Made by a program: the position numbers and the translations under genes. A DNA stretch of 64,000 bases from NCBI RefSeq assembly GCF_009914755.1, contig NC_060927.1. One strand, written 5' to 3'. Source of the DNA: the human T2T-CHM13v2.0 reference genome, Homo sapiens. The notes beneath the pieces are model-generated. The model was not told where the DNA came from. It saw nothing but the letters and a program-made list of their open reading frames with translations, and made no database searches. Shown in pieces: positions 1 through 14,110 of this stretch (position 1 is its first letter; the number at the start of each line of letters is the position of its first letter).

Positions 1-480
1 TAAAGGAAAGAAAGAAAGTTTTGTAGGAATATGTAGCAGAGAACGGGGGAAGTGTTTGGGCCGGGAAGAGTTCTCCAACTAAGTGATCTTGGAGCTGAAG
101 GAAGCATAGGTGTGAGCTTTGTGAAAGCTGTGGTGAGAGAAAATTTCAGCAGGTGGAGAAAAGCAGATGCTGAGACCCTGCAGTGTCAGAGAGCTAGAAG
201 CTCCAGGAAATAAGAAGTGAGGTCCAGAGTGGTTATGTGTGAAGAGCAGTGATGAGAATTGTGCACTACAAGGCTAAAAGGTGGGCAGGGGCCAGGGGCC
301 TAGGGTTTAAGCTCCCAGGACTTAATCCTTAAGACCATCTAAAGGATTATTGTCTTTATTTTAAGAGCAATGGGAAGCCATGGAAAGGCATGGGAAGCCA
401 TGGAAAGGTATAGGCTAGGGGAGCCACACCTGGGTTTTAAGGAGTGTAGTCTGCTCTTTGCAGAGACAGCGTAAACCTGT
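1..480 (-). mobile_element. L2 fragment containing a 20-bp tandem duplication (370-408)
   Basis: L2-like gcaatgggaagccatggaaagg, with atgggaagccatggaaagg repeated. Confidence 0.6.
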
Positions 481-3400
481 TAGACCTTTCTGAACCAACA
501 TGGGTACATGGCACGGAGAAGGATTCTCATCTCAGGGGGTTATCATTCCCTCTTCTGAGTGTGGAGTCATCTAAGCTCTTCAGAAAACCTCCAGCTCAGA
601 TATAACTTATGCCTGCCTTGGCAGAAGAACATGAAGGTTTCTCCTAAAACCCACTTGGAAAAAATTCTTTTTTCCAAGTCTCCAAGAAGACTTGGAGAAT
701 GTCTTCTAAGGACTGCATAAGCTATAACTTCAGGAGACATGAATTTCTGGGTTAAACCAATTGCAGGCAAAAAGAAAAAAGCATAGGCAACTTCTGAGAT
801 AAATGATTTCAAGGGCTTTAGGCTTGAGTTACCTCTGAGTGATGTCTCTCCTTGGGGTCTGCCAGGGCACATGATACAGCAAGTGTTTTAGAGACCTCTC
901 TCTATAAAAGCCATTTTGACCCCTCTCCACTTATGCACCATTCTGTCCTCAGATTTGATGAATAGAGAAAGCTTTGCTAAGAATAACTGACTTGCTCAGT
1001 ACCTCTTAATATTCAAAGAAGTCTTTGCATATTAGGAGGACTTGATTTCTGCCGAGTGGGAGGGGTGGGGAAATAATAGATTTTCAGGGAAGGTAATGGT
1101 GGGCCCTATTGGGAGTGGAGGCAGAAAACAGTGGCCTTCCTGGTCACACTTCTAATCACAGAGAGTGGGTGACCCTCCCCTCTGCTCCCAGCTAACACAC
1201 ACCTCAGCCACCCTGTTGCAGCCGGTTTATTTTTGCATCAATAATAACCGTCCTCCATGGAATTAAAAAATCGTGATATTTCCCTGTGGTTCTTGCCTAC
1301 ATTTTCCTGTTTCTGAACCAACCAACTCTCTTCCTTTTGCTTGGAGAGCACATCCTTAATTAGTTTTGCATAACATGTGTGGTACAATTACCTGAATTCC
1401 TTCTCCTCCTTCTTGGCCCTGTTTAACCAAACACCTCCCACGTCTTTGTTCTTTGTGCTCATCCTGATTGACTCATGAGGTGACACTGGCTGACACTTGG
1501 CAAACCAGTGACCTTCTTTTTGAGCTAGAGTTGACAAAACCTGATAGAACAGGGTAAAAAGGGGGAGGCAGAAGCCTGCAGCCAGCCCTTTTTTTGTTAA
1601 GGAGAAAGCAGCATGGGTAAATATATTAAGAAGAAGTTCTGCTTTGAATACTTTGGGAATATTTGACAAAATTATCTGTTGAAGAACAAAAGTAACATGT
1701 TTAAGGCAAATAAAGGATGAGGAGCAATGCTCAATCAGGAAAAATGAGGTAGAGGGATAGAGTAGTGATTATACCATGTCTATTTTAGAGATATTATGTA
1801 CTTTATGAAATTCTTGCATTTGTTAACTATTAAAATCAGAAGAATTTACCTGGAAAAGTAATAGCCAGGGAGGAAAAATAGGTTTAACACACCTTGAGCA
1901 CCAGAAGCTGTCCTATGTTCATTTTCCCAGAAACGGTGTTTTCAATTAAAAAACAAAACAAAACAAAAAAAACCTATGAGGATGGAATGAGGTATGTGTT
2001 AAGTGAATTGAGCAGTTTGGAGGAAGGTTGCTACAGTATAACCTTTTATATTTCCATGACTTGGTTTTTGGTTGTAATTTCAAGCAGTACACTCCTAGAC
2101 CAGCTAGATAAAAAGAATGGCCCTTTAACCAAATAATCAGGGATAACGAACCAGTGTGATTTTTCAAAAAAAAAAAAAAAAAAGATAAATTTTAAGTCAA
2201 CTTTGCTACTATCAGTGTTAAAATTAGTTGTATTTAGCTTCATTTAGAGCCCTTTTCCTAAATATAGTGTGTTGTTAATAATGCAAGTGTTTTGGCTTTA
2301 AAAATTACCTTTTATAACAATTTTTACTATTTCCATTTTGCCAAGATTTAGATAATTTTCATGGGTTTAAGCATAATCCTTTAAACTTAACCCAAGTTTT
2401 TAGCCCTGTCACCCTGACTCTATCCTTCTGTTCATCTCCTATCCCTCCCCCAATCCCCACACTTCAATTTTCTTTAAGATTTTGTTAGAGTGCACTTAGA
2501 GTGACTAGAGTCTGAGCCCATGGAAGTTTCCTATTGCTTATTTTTCTCCCAGTGGCACATGGTCTAATCACCTATTAGAGCGAGAATAGTTGGTCCTCCC
2601 CTCCGAGTCTCTCCACAGTTCTGCATAGATTGCAACCAGATGATGACATTAATTAATATGGCGAATTCTGAAAGCAAGCATTTAAAATAACCCTCCCTGT
2701 CTAATTCAGAGATCACAGAAAGACTTGGGCAGTACTTTGAGCCTTGACGACATAGCGTGTGCTGAGCATGGCCTCCCTTCCCTATGTCATCAAGAGTCCA
2801 TGTAGTGTAGGCAATTAAGGGACCCATTTCTCCCAGCATGTGTCACCCTTGCAATTGGAAAGTGTCCACTATTCTGGGCCTACATGGGGATAGTAGAGGG
2901 AGCTGGCTTAGTCAGGCAAAGTTGGGGCAATGGGTAGTAGTAATGTGATTTGCTTTATAACTGTTTGCTTTGCATTGGCAACTGAGCTGTGGCCACACTC
3001 CAACTGGCAGTGGAGATGGAACCTTAATTTTAGATTGTGTCCCTAATGTTTGGTGAAAATAAAAATGGAGAGGTGACCATGAGTTGACTTGAGACTTTTT
3101 ATATGTGAGTCATAGTATCTATTAGGAAGAATTGCATTCATATTATGTAATTATCCTTTGTTTAGTTTTTCTTTTTTTTTCCAGTAATGAATAATCCTTA
3201 TCATCTCTTTTGCATCCTTATTTATTTTTCCCATTTACATAAATTAATAAGGCCATGACAGCTAACCCCATACTAAATATATGTATACTTGAAGCTTGCT
3301 TTGAACTTCCTGAAAACATATCTATTTGGCTTACTGCTGGGTCCCCAGCACCTAAAATATTACAAGGACATATGACAAACTCCATAAATACTTCTTAAAT

Positions 3401-4289
3401 AAAATTGCAGTTTAATTCATGACTCATTCTTCACCCTTTGATTCTTATGTTTGAGTGACCTAGCTGTCCAGTGGGTTTGCATGGATAATTTATATGTTCC
3501 TCCACATGAAGGGATAAATAGATAGCTCATAGGTTATTCTGGTATAGAATAGAACCCTTTGAAAACCAGCCTGAGGCTCTTTTTCCTTTTTTAAAAAATT
3601 AGAATGCTGGTTTCATCTTCAGACAAAAAATACTACTTTTAATTACTGTGCAGTCTTTAGTTACACCCATAACCTCTGGGACACTGAGATGGTAACACAT
3701 TCAATTCTTTGTCTTTGACTTGGTTATTAACTTGCGTTTGCCTTGGTTATTGTTAGCCCATGATATTTAGGGAAGTACCTCTGAAACATTTTAATGTCTG
3801 CCTTTTTTTTTAAGGTAAAATGCAGAAAAAAAAACCCAAATAGGTTTGGTTTTGAATTTTAAATTACTTTGTATTATTTTTGTTTTATAAAAATATACAG
3901 TAATTAGAAGAATGCAATAATGCTACTTTCTATCGTGTTTTATTATTTCAATGTTGTTTGTAGAGGTTGTAAGCTATGATCTCTGAGTCTTCAAAGAGTT
4001 TGAGAATTAAAAAGACCACAATCTATGGGTTTTATTTTTAATTATTATGAAACCATAGAGATGAAAATGCAATGTGTATCATAAGAACAATTTTTCTCTA
4101 TGATGTGGATTGAGTTTGTAATTGAGAATAGTGATTTTCAAATTAGCTAATCTTTGGACTGCTCTGGTGAGGTTTTAAACATAAGAATAGCTAGGTCTAG
4201 TCCTAGAATATAGGAATGGCCTTGTAATCTGTATTTTTATAAAATCTCCCTGTTTATTTCAGATGGTAAGCACAGCCTAGTTTAGAACA

Positions 4290-4545
4290 TTAGATCAATG
4301 AGCTCAAGTCATGGGTATGATTTTTCAGTTGGCCTATTGGTTGTCCTCTGTTCTGTGACCTGAGACCTTCTTCTGAGCCTGACTAACTATCTTGCAGATG
4401 GATGTTCTTGCTGTGGTGTAGGTAAGAGAGTGTGGACAGGGGAGGCATTGAGCCTAGATCCAGTTTAATTACCATACAAATATCTTAGGTCATGAGGTAG
4501 CTAGGGTCATCTTCTCTAAGGGCAGCTAATTTCTTTGCTTATGCC
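4290..4545 (+). mobile_element. Possible ancient SINE (MamSINE1-like)
   Basis: ctctgttctgtgacc...tcttgcagatg...gagagtgtgga...gtcatcttc pattern; highly diverged. Confidence 0.4.
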
Positions 4546-5909
4546 AAGCAACAGCCTTGTCACTGGGGGCTTTTTTCTTAATTTGGCCTTTTTAAAAAAA
4601 AATATCAGCAAGAGGAGTGTTGTTAAATTGCCAACCAATTCAGACTCACTAGTCTTTTCCAGTATCTACTGGAGCTAAAATTCACAAACCCAACTCACTT
4701 CTAGAAATCATAGCTTCTGACTCTGCGTCAGCATGGTGGGTGTTTGGGCAGCAAGTGAGCAGAAGGTGCTGGGATCAGATTGCCTGGGTTCTGACTCTGC
4801 TGCTCCCATGCACTGGATGTGCGACTTGGAAGCAAAATTACTTAACCTCTGAGAGCCTTTGTTTTTCCCGTTGGCAAAAAGGCAATAACATTAATACTAA
4901 TATAGGGTTGTCGGAGGATTATATGAGATAATGCTCATGCATCAAAAATGGTAAGCACTCAACACATGTCAGTGGCTGGTATTATTACTATAATTTTTAC
5001 CACAAATTCTGAATAAACACGTCTAGAAACAAGGTATTGCCATGATTAGCTTGAACCAGTATCACCCATAATTTTTTTATTAATTATTGCCTCCCTTTGC
5101 ACTCTCTGGGATTTCCATTCATTTATTTCACAAATACTTATTTAGTACTTACTATCCAAGCAGGGTACTAGGCACTGGGGATACACTAGTGAACAAAAGA
5201 GACAAAACATAAATGATAGTTTAAAAATTGATGCTTCACTACATTTTAACAGCCTTACCATTTAACCGTACTGAAGACTGAGAGAACTGAAATGTTTGAT
5301 CATATTTAGATTTTGTGAATTTGCCCATACCAGGTACTGACTAGCATGAAAAATAGTGACAGAAATGCTACATAATTTCTTCCGTGTGTCTTCTACTGGT
5401 CTGTCCTTCTGTCTCTATCCATTCTTGGCCAAATCCTGCCCACCCAATAAGACCCACTGAAACACTGCTTTCCATGTGAAGTGCCCCAAGGTTTTCCCTC
5501 CTGGTCCCTCTACCTCTCTCTCCTCCAATCTCTACTCACTCCTTCCGTAGAATTTGGCTTGTATTCCATGTATAGTCTGTATCAATGTATCCTTTGTATT
5601 CCCATTAGTTATTTTCACCCTTATAAACCATAAGTAATGTGTAGGACCACATGGCTTCTACATCTTGCAGGCCCCTGGCTCTTAAGACCGTCCCAGGTAT
5701 ATATTAAGTAGTCAGTAGGATGCAGAGTTCATAGACAGAGAAAAAAAAAATTTAGTCTACAAGTGAGATTTTTCTCTCTTTGCTCCTTTGTAAAATGGGA
5801 ATAAAGAGTACCCAGCTCACAGGCTGGTAGGAGTGTGAGATGATGCATATTGTTGGAGATGTTAGCGCAACCCATTCACAGTACAGTTTCAATAATAGCT
5901 ATTTCTTAT

Positions 5910-7360
5910 TATTTTTAAAAGTTTTATTGAAGCATAATTAGCATATAATAAAGTACACTTGTTCCAAGTGTATAATTTGATAAATTTAGACACATTATAC
6001 CTCTGTGAAATGATCCCTACAATCAAGAAAATTAACATATCCTTGTACCTCTTTGTAACCCCTTCTTCCTTCCCAGCTTGGCCCTACTCCCCTTGTCCCC
6101 AGGCAACCACTGATTTGATTTGTGTCACTATAGATGAGTTTGTAATTTCCAGAGTTTAAAAAATATGGATTCATACCTTTTGTAGTTTCTTGGGAGAGAG
6201 GCCTGGCTTCTTTCACTCAGCATAATTAATTTGCAGTTCAGCCATTTTGTGGCACGTATCAATATCTCATTCCTTTATATTGCCAACTGTATTCTTTTAT
6301 ATAGGCAGACCACAGTTTTTTTTATCCATTCCCCTCTTGATGAGCATTTGCTTTTTTTTTTCAGTCTTAGAATATTACAAAGTTCCTATGAATATTTATG
6401 TACAGGTCTTCGTGTGGATTCATTCTTTCATTTCTCCTGGGTAAATATTTGGGAGTGAAACAGCTGAATCATATAGTAGACATATATTTAACTTTTAGAG
6501 AAAGTGCCAAACTTGCTTTCCTAAGTAGTCTTGTCATTTATATTCTCACCAGCAATGTATGAGAGTTCTATTTCCTTATATCCTCTCCCACACTTGGTAT
6601 GGTCAGACTTTAAAATTTTTTGTTAGCTTTATGTACTGATGGGTGTGTAATACTATCTCATTGTGTGTTTTTTTTTAAATTTGCATTTCCCTAATGACTG
6701 GTGATGTAGAGCATCTTCTCATGGGCTTATTTGCCATCTCCGTATTTTCTTTTGGTGAAGTGTGTGCAAATCATTTGCCTGTTTCTTAACTGAGCTGTTT
6801 GTCTGTGTTTTGAGAGTTCTTTATTTGTTCTGGATCTATCATATGCTTTGCAAATATTTTCTCCCAGTTTGTGGTATGTCTTTCCATTCTATTAATAGTG
6901 TCTTTTGAAAAGCAGAAGTTTTAAATTTTGATAAAACCAAGTTCATTGGTTTTGTAAATTAATCATACTTTTAATGTCATATTTAAGAACTCTTTGCCTA
7001 ACCCAAGGTCATAAGGATTTTACCTATGTTTTCTTTTAGAATGTTATAGTTTTAAGTTTTATGATTCATTTTGAGTTAATTTTTATATAAGTTATAAAAC
7101 ATGAATTGAAGGGTTTTTTGTAAATATGGATGACCAATTGTTCCAACATCATTTGTTGAAAAAACTATCCTTTTTCCCTTTCATTGCCTTTGTATGTTTG
7201 TCAGAAATCAGTTGATTATATGTGTGGGTCTATTTCTAGAATCTCTGTCCTGGTCTGTTTTTCTTCCTTGACACCAATACCAAACTCTCTTGATTAGTGT
7301 AGCAAGTAAGTCTTGGAGTCAAGTATTGTCTGACCTCCAAATTGTTTTTTGTTGTTTTTT
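5910..7360 (-). mobile_element. Old L1 (L1M, MB/MC-type) 3' region
   Basis: Typical antisense L1 3' sequence (accagcaatgtatgagagtt, ttgcatttccctaatgact, ccaattgttccaacatcatttgttgaa). Confidence 0.8.
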
Positions 7361-9989
7361 GTAGTAAAATATTATATAATGAGTAAATAGTTGTGTATAT
7401 GATGTCAATCATTGGAGGTAAAACTGAAACTTTGCTTTGTTGCTTTGGTTAATAAGTGCCATGATTTGTCATTCTACTAGTTATCTTTCTCTGAAGGTGA
7501 TTTATCTGAAGCATTTCAGAATTTTCCCAAATAGCAGAGGGATGAGTTATATGCAAGTGTACTTGTATAATCTTTAACATTTTCTAAGTCTTATTTTACA
7601 TGGTCTTTAATCCTGTAGTTATTTATCACTTCGGAAGTGACTTCACAGTACATGTCACAAGGCCAATTAAACCCTGGTAGATTCTGAAGTGGATTGTAGG
7701 ATCTGTCCAGGACTATGATTTGGTTTTTGTTTGTTTATTGTGTAATATGCCCAGATGGAGAGCATCTAGAATGGAGACTAGCAACCTATAGACTGTTGGA
7801 TGTGAATGAAAATAGGAGCTGTCAACGCACTCCCTTTCTGCTTCTTTGACCACACATCTACAACAAAAATAGCAGCTTTTTTTAATTGGCTACTTAATAT
7901 ATGCTGGTCACTCTGCTAAATACTTTATGTAAATTGCCCTATGTGGTACTTACATTGTCCATGTGAGGTAGGCACCATAAATCCTTGTTTTGCCTGAAGA
8001 AAGGTTTAACAAGTTACCCAAAGCTACACAACCAGAAGTAATAGAGCTAGTGTTTGATCCTCTCCCCTTTCCCTCCATAATCTTGTGTTCCTAATCGCTA
8101 TGCTACAGTACCTTTGGTACTAAAGAATGAAAGGGATTCAAACTTGAAATATAACGTAAGTCGTCCATTGAGCTCTGGAACTCCTACTTTCTATGTCCAA
8201 AACTTTCCTGTCTATGATTTCTTCTGAATCACTGGATGAAAAAGTCATGTGGGTTTTAGAGATGGGGCTCTGTGTGTCAAACTGGTTGAATAAATAAATG
8301 AACGAGTTATTCATTGTATAATTCAGCACAAATCTATTGGATATCTATGTACCAGGCATTGTTATAGGTGCCAGGGATATTGCAGCAGAACAAGCAAATG
8401 AACAAACAACTCTTTCTTCATGAAAGTTATATTCTACTGGAGGAGAGACTCATGATGGACAACTTTGAGATCATGTAGATGAAATCACTTCATAAGCAGG
8501 AGGTAGTATTCTCCTCAGATCCTGGTCTAATGGCCTGTATTATGGTGCCAAAATTTGTATTTGAAATCACCCTTGATTTCAGGCAGGAGGCCTGACCTGT
8601 CTATCCCTGGTAATTTTGAGCACTGTTAAGTCTGGGTAGACCATCTGCTTTACCTAAGCTTAGATCATTGGCTCTCTTTTTCAGTAGTCTGAGGCTTTCC
8701 TCAGACCAGTCACCTCTTCACGGACATTTTAAGTGTATGAGGGCTAAGCTCCAAAACACAGTAATTGCTCTTGAGAATAAGCAGTTTTCTCTGTGAACAC
8801 AAGAAAATCATATTCTGCTGGGCTCAAAGAGAGTTTCTTAAAGTTGACTCAGAAGAGGCTTAAAAACAGTAAGTGTTACAAATGGTTTTTTGAAAGGAAG
8901 AGGAAATTATTTATTTATTATTTTAAGAGTTTCATTTCAAGAATGAGGGAAGTAAACCAAAATATCCAGCTTTTTTTGTTGTTGTTTGTTTTGTTTTATT
9001 TTTCCCTAAAACTCTTTTGCAGGAAACCTTATGGGGCTTTTGCCTTTTGATCTTGCTATAGAATCTAGATGGATACATGAGACAGAAGGATACAGAAATG
9101 TTCTCAAAGTGGTTGGGCCACCCAATTAACTCTAGGGGTGTGATTCAGTTTTGTACCACTTTACATAGTGAGAAAACATTCCAGAAGGAGCTGTGCTCCC
9201 CTTGGGTGTAGGAATGTCTCTCCTGGTCTGCAATGCAGTTGAAAAGTGAAGAATAATTTCCATTTTCTGCTTTGTCTATTGAAATAAAAAGACAAAGCAA
9301 AAACAATAAAAAAAAAACTCTTCTACATCATTTATCGCTCCTTTATTTGGCAGGAGTTTTCAAACTAATATTTTCTTTTTGTACACCAGCCCCATTTTTT
9401 AAAAAGTACTGAGTAGAAGTTTTTTAAATTTGGCAATTCAAAAAATAGTTTTACTTCAACAAACTTAATGAAATCATTATTCTTTAAATATCATATGGAA
9501 ATAATAGTAAGTTTTTTTTTGTTTCTTTACCACATTGATATTTGTGGTTTGTTTACCACACTGCCATTCAACCTTTGATGAACATGTGGGATGAATGAGC
9601 ACTACTGGTAATAATGAAATTAGGTACAACTTTCCCATAAGAAAATTTGGCAAAATGCATCAGAAGCTTCAGTGGTTTTTATATCCTTTTATCTGGTAAT
9701 TCTTCCACTTAGGATTTTTGTTCTTGTTAGAAGAAAGGAATAAGTGACAATCTGAGAATATTTGTCCCTACGTGAGCTAACACAGTCTTTTAAGATTTGT
9801 ATTAAGGTTAGTTCCTTTGCACCTATCAGTTTTGCTTTTAAGTTGAGATTATTTATGTTTGTTTTATTTATGTGAAATAAGTCCTTAGAAAATATCTTTG
9901 ATGCTTATAGTTATAGGATATAGTGATTTCCTTTACCAGCTGCTAAGTTCTATTAGGTTTTTTTGTTTGTTTGTTTTTTAAAGACATGG

Positions 9990-12275
9990 TGATACGGCTT
10001 GGCTGTGTCCCCAACCAAATCTCAACTTGAATTGTGTCTCCCAGAATTCCCACATGTTGTGGGAAGGACCCGGGGGGTTGGTAATTGAATCATGAGGGCT
10101 GGTCTTTCCCATGTGGTTCTCATGATAGTGAATGGATAAGTCTCACGAGATCTGATGGGTTTATCAGGGGTTTCTGTTTTTGCTTCCTCCTCATTTTCTC
10201 TTGCCACCACCATATAAGTGCCTTTTACCTCCTGCCATGATTCTGAGGCCTTCCCAGCCATGTGGAACTGTAAATCCAATTAAACCTCTTTTTCCTCCCA
10301 GTCTCAGGTAAGTCTTTATCAGCAGTGTGAAAATGGACTAATAGAGTAAATTGGTACCAGCAGAGTGGGGTGTTGCTGAAACGATACCCAAAAATGTGGA
10401 AGCGACTTTGGAATTGTGTAACAGGCATAGGTTGGAACAGTTTGGAGGGCTAGGAAGGAGACAGAAAAATGTGGGAAAGTTTGGAACCTCCAAGACACTT
10501 GTTGAATGGCTTTGACTAAAATTCTGATAGTGATATGAACAATAAGGCCCAGGCTGAGGTGGTCTCAGATGGAGATGAGGAACTTGTTGGGAACTGGAGC
10601 AAAGGTGACTCTTGTTATGTTTTAGCAAATAGACTGGCAGCATTTTTCCCTGCCCTAGAGATTTGTGGAACTTTGAAACTTGACAGAGATGATTTAGGGT
10701 ATCTGGCGGAAGAAATTTCTAAGCAGCAAAGTATTCAAAAGGTGACTTTGGGTGCTGTTAAAACCATTCCATTTTAAAAGGAAAACAGAGCATAAAAGTT
10801 CAGAAAATTTGCAGCCTGATGATGCAGTAGAAAAGAAAAACCCATTTTTTCAGGAGAAATTCAAGCTGGCTTCAGAAATTTGCATAAGTAGCAAGGAGCC
10901 TAATGTTAATCCCCAAGATCATGGGGAAAATGTCTCCAGGCCATGTCAGAGACCTTCATGGCAGCCCTTCCCATCACAGGCCTGGAGGCCCAGGAGGAAA
11001 AAGTGGTTCCAAGTGCCATTCCCAGCACAATCCCTGTGCTGTGTGCAGTCTAGGGACTTGGTGCCCTGTGTCCCAGCCTCTCCAACTGTGGCTGAAAGGG
11101 GCCAACATAGAGCTTGGGCTATGGCTTCAGAGGTTGGAGGCCCCAAACCTTGGCAGCTTCCATGTGGTGTTGAGCCTGCATGTGCAGAGAAGTCAGGAAT
11201 TGAGGTTTGGGAACCTTTGTCCAGATTTCAGAAGATGTATGGAAATGCCTGGATGCTCAGGCAAAAGTTTGCTATAGGGGTGGGGCCCTCATGGAGAACC
11301 TCTGCTAGGGCAGTGCAGAAGAGAAATGTGGGGTTGGAGCCCCCACATAGAGTCCCTAGTGGGACACTGCCTAGTGGAGCTGTGAGAAGAGGGCCACTAT
11401 CCTCCATACCCCAGAATGGTAGATCCACTGACAGCGTGAAGTGTGAGCTTGGAAAAACCTCAGACACTCAATGCCAGCCCATGAAAACAGTCAGGAGGGA
11501 GGCTCTACCCTGCAAAGCCACAGGGGCAGAGCTGCCCAAGACCATAGGAACCCACCTTTTGCATCAGCATGACCTGGACGTAAGACTTGGAGTCAAAGGA
11601 AATCATTTTGGAGCTTTAAAATTTGACTTGACTGCTCCGCTGGATTTCACACTTGCATGGGCCCTGTAACCGCTTTGTTTTGGCCAATTTATCCCATTTG
11701 GAACAGCTGTATTTACCCAGTACCTATACCCCCATTGTAGCTAGGAAGTAAGTAGATTGCTTTTGATTTTCCAGGCTCATAGGCAGAAGGGACTTGCCTT
11801 GTCCCTTCTGTGGATTTTTGGGTTAATGCTGAAATGAGTTAAGACTTTGAGAGCCTGTTGGGAAGGCATGATTGGTTTTGAAATGTGAGGACATGAGATT
11901 TGGAGGGGCCAGGGGTGGAATGATATGGTTTGGCTCTGTCCCTACCCAAATCTCAACTTGAATTGTATCTCCCAGAATTCCCACATGTTGTGGCAGGGAC
12001 CCAGGGGGAGGTAATTGAATCATGGGGGGCCAGTCTTTCCCGTGCTATTCTCATGATAGTGAATAAATCTCATGAGATTTGATGGGTTTATCAGGGGTTT
12101 CTGCTTTTGCTTCTTCCTCATTTTCTCTTGCTGCCACCATGTAAGAAGTGCCTTTCACCTCCCACCATCATTCTGAGGCCTCACCGGCCGTGTGGAACTG
12201 TAAGTCCAATTAAACCTCTTTTTCTTCCCAATCTCAGGTATGTCTTTATCAGCAGCATGAAAACGGACCAGTATA
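9990..12275 (+). mobile_element. Full-length THE1 (THE1A-like) ERVL-MaLR element: 5' LTR 9990-10345, internal region 10346-11920, 3' LTR 11921-12275
   Basis: Two ~355-bp direct repeats starting TGATA. Purine-rich PPT (ggggccaggggtggaa) before the 3' LTR. 5-bp TSD catgg (9985-9989) / gatgg (12276-12280). Confidence 0.93.
10752..11669 (+). pseudogene. Remnant of the MaLR internal ORF (305 stop-free codons)
   Basis: The ORF lies entirely in the THE1 internal region and is preceded by a frameshifted piece at 10535..10777. Confidence 0.7.
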
Positions 12276-12415
12276 GATGGGCTCTTGCTATGTTGTCCAG
12301 GCAGGAGTGAAGTGACATGATCATAGCACACTGTGCCTCAGACTCTTGGGCTCAAGCAATCCTCCTGCCTCTGCCTCCCCAGTAGCCAGGACAACAGGCA
12401 TGCACCACTGTGTGC
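12276..12415 (-). mobile_element. Old Alu monomer (FRAM/AluJ-like) split by THE1; its tail lies at ~9958-9989
   Basis: gatgggctcttgctatgttgtccaggc...gggctcaagcaatcctcctgcctc continues ttttgtttgtttgttttttaaagacatgg. Confidence 0.75.
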
Positions 12416-12469
12416 AATTCCTGTTAGGTTTTTAACCACACTTCCAGGAGATGGTGTTAATTAGAAAGA

Positions 12470-13270
12470 CAAAGTTGATAAAAAGTAATAAATAGGAGAA
12501 CCATATTGATAACATAAATAACAAGTGTAGGATTAGTACCTAGAATATATAAAGAACTCCTGAACATCAATAAGAAAACAATGGGGTGGGAAAGAAGGCA
12601 AAGAATATGCATAGACAGTTCACAAAAATTCAATCTGTACCTAAGGAATTGCACATTAAAGTAATACACAGATACAAATAGTATTTTACAATCAGCTTGG
12701 AAAAATTTAGAGAGCCTGATAATGGTATGTTTGGAGAGAAAAGGAAATCAGAACCTTCATACATTGCTAGTGAGAGCAAAGATGGTACAAATACCTTGAA
12801 GAACAGTTTGGCAATATTTAATAAAGTTTCCAGTGTGTGCAACCTACCATTTAATGATTCCACCTCAGGGCTTACACCCTGCAGAAGCCATAAAGGAGAC
12901 AAACATGGGGATGTTCACTGCAGCATTATCTGTGATTGCAACAAACTGCAGTCAACCTAAATGCCCATCAATAAGGGAGTAGATTACATGGCACATCATA
13001 AAGGAGAGAAAATAAATGAATTAGATGGGTGTGTTTTTTCATGGATAGATCTCAGAAACTAAATATTGAGTGATAAAAGCAAGTTTGTTCAAGCACATGT
13101 ATGGTCAACAAGTATGTAATTTTTGAAGAAAATCACACAAAGTTATAGGTGCTATCTTGCAAAAGCATAAACACATGGATTGGATGACTACACATCAAAT
13201 TCTGGGTAATAGTTGCCTCTGGGGAGGGAGAGCAGGGAACTTATGGGGCTTATTGTTGTCTTCAATATTT
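12470..13270 (+). mobile_element. Old L1 (L1ME-type) fragment
   Basis: agaatatataaagaactcc, cagtttggcaatat, caacctaaatgcccatcaata. Confidence 0.7.
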
Positions 13271-13609
13271 AATGCAAAGCAAACATGGTAATATTTTTGG
13301 TTTTTTTTCATTCTGGGAGACAGAACAATGACTATTCTATCATTTACCACAAATTTTAAAAGTTAACAAAAAAGGTAAGGAATACTTTCAGGGAAATAAA
13401 AGTAATGAGGCGCATCTCAACCAAGGTGTTCATCAGAAACTTGCCATCACTGTATTTGCTTGCACATGTTCTAGTCATCTCTGTTGGTATTTTCCCTCAT
13501 ACTATCATAATCTTTTAGGACAGGAACTTTGCCTATGATTTCTTTGAAGCCAAGCCTCATGCAATTTACCAAAGAAAGTATGATCATCATTCTATAAGCC
13601 ACACACAGA

Positions 13610-14110
13610 AATTGTTAGAAAGCTTCACAAACCTGCTAGAGTCAGTGTTGGGGAAAGTGTGGGTGAATGGGCACTTGGATCCTCTGTTGGTTAGAATATA
13701 AACAGAATTGCTTTTTGCAAGGAATTTGGGCTGCATCTCTCAACATGGAAAACAGGCAGTCTCTTTGGCCAACTATCCTCTACCTCAAAGACCCCACACT
13801 CCAGAAAGCCTATATAAAGGTCCAGTATGTTCATAATGCAAGAATATTCAATTCTGCATTACTTACCATAGTGAAAATTGAGAACAATAGAAATGCCTTT
13901 GAATCTGGGAATGATTTAAAATTTTTAGTAATAAAATGGAACATTTGGTGGCTGCTTTTGAAAAGAAAGATAGATCTAGGTGTGTTGACATGGAAAGTTG
14001 TCTAGGATATATTATTATTATTTAAAAAGCAAGCGGCAGAAAAATATGTATCATGTAACCAGATGTTTGTTTTGAATGGATGTATATAGATATATAATTA
14101 TATTTTATTT
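13610..14110 (+). mobile_element. Old L1 (L1ME-type) fragment
   Basis: Degenerate L1 ORF2-end / 3' UTR-like sequence. Confidence 0.5.
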
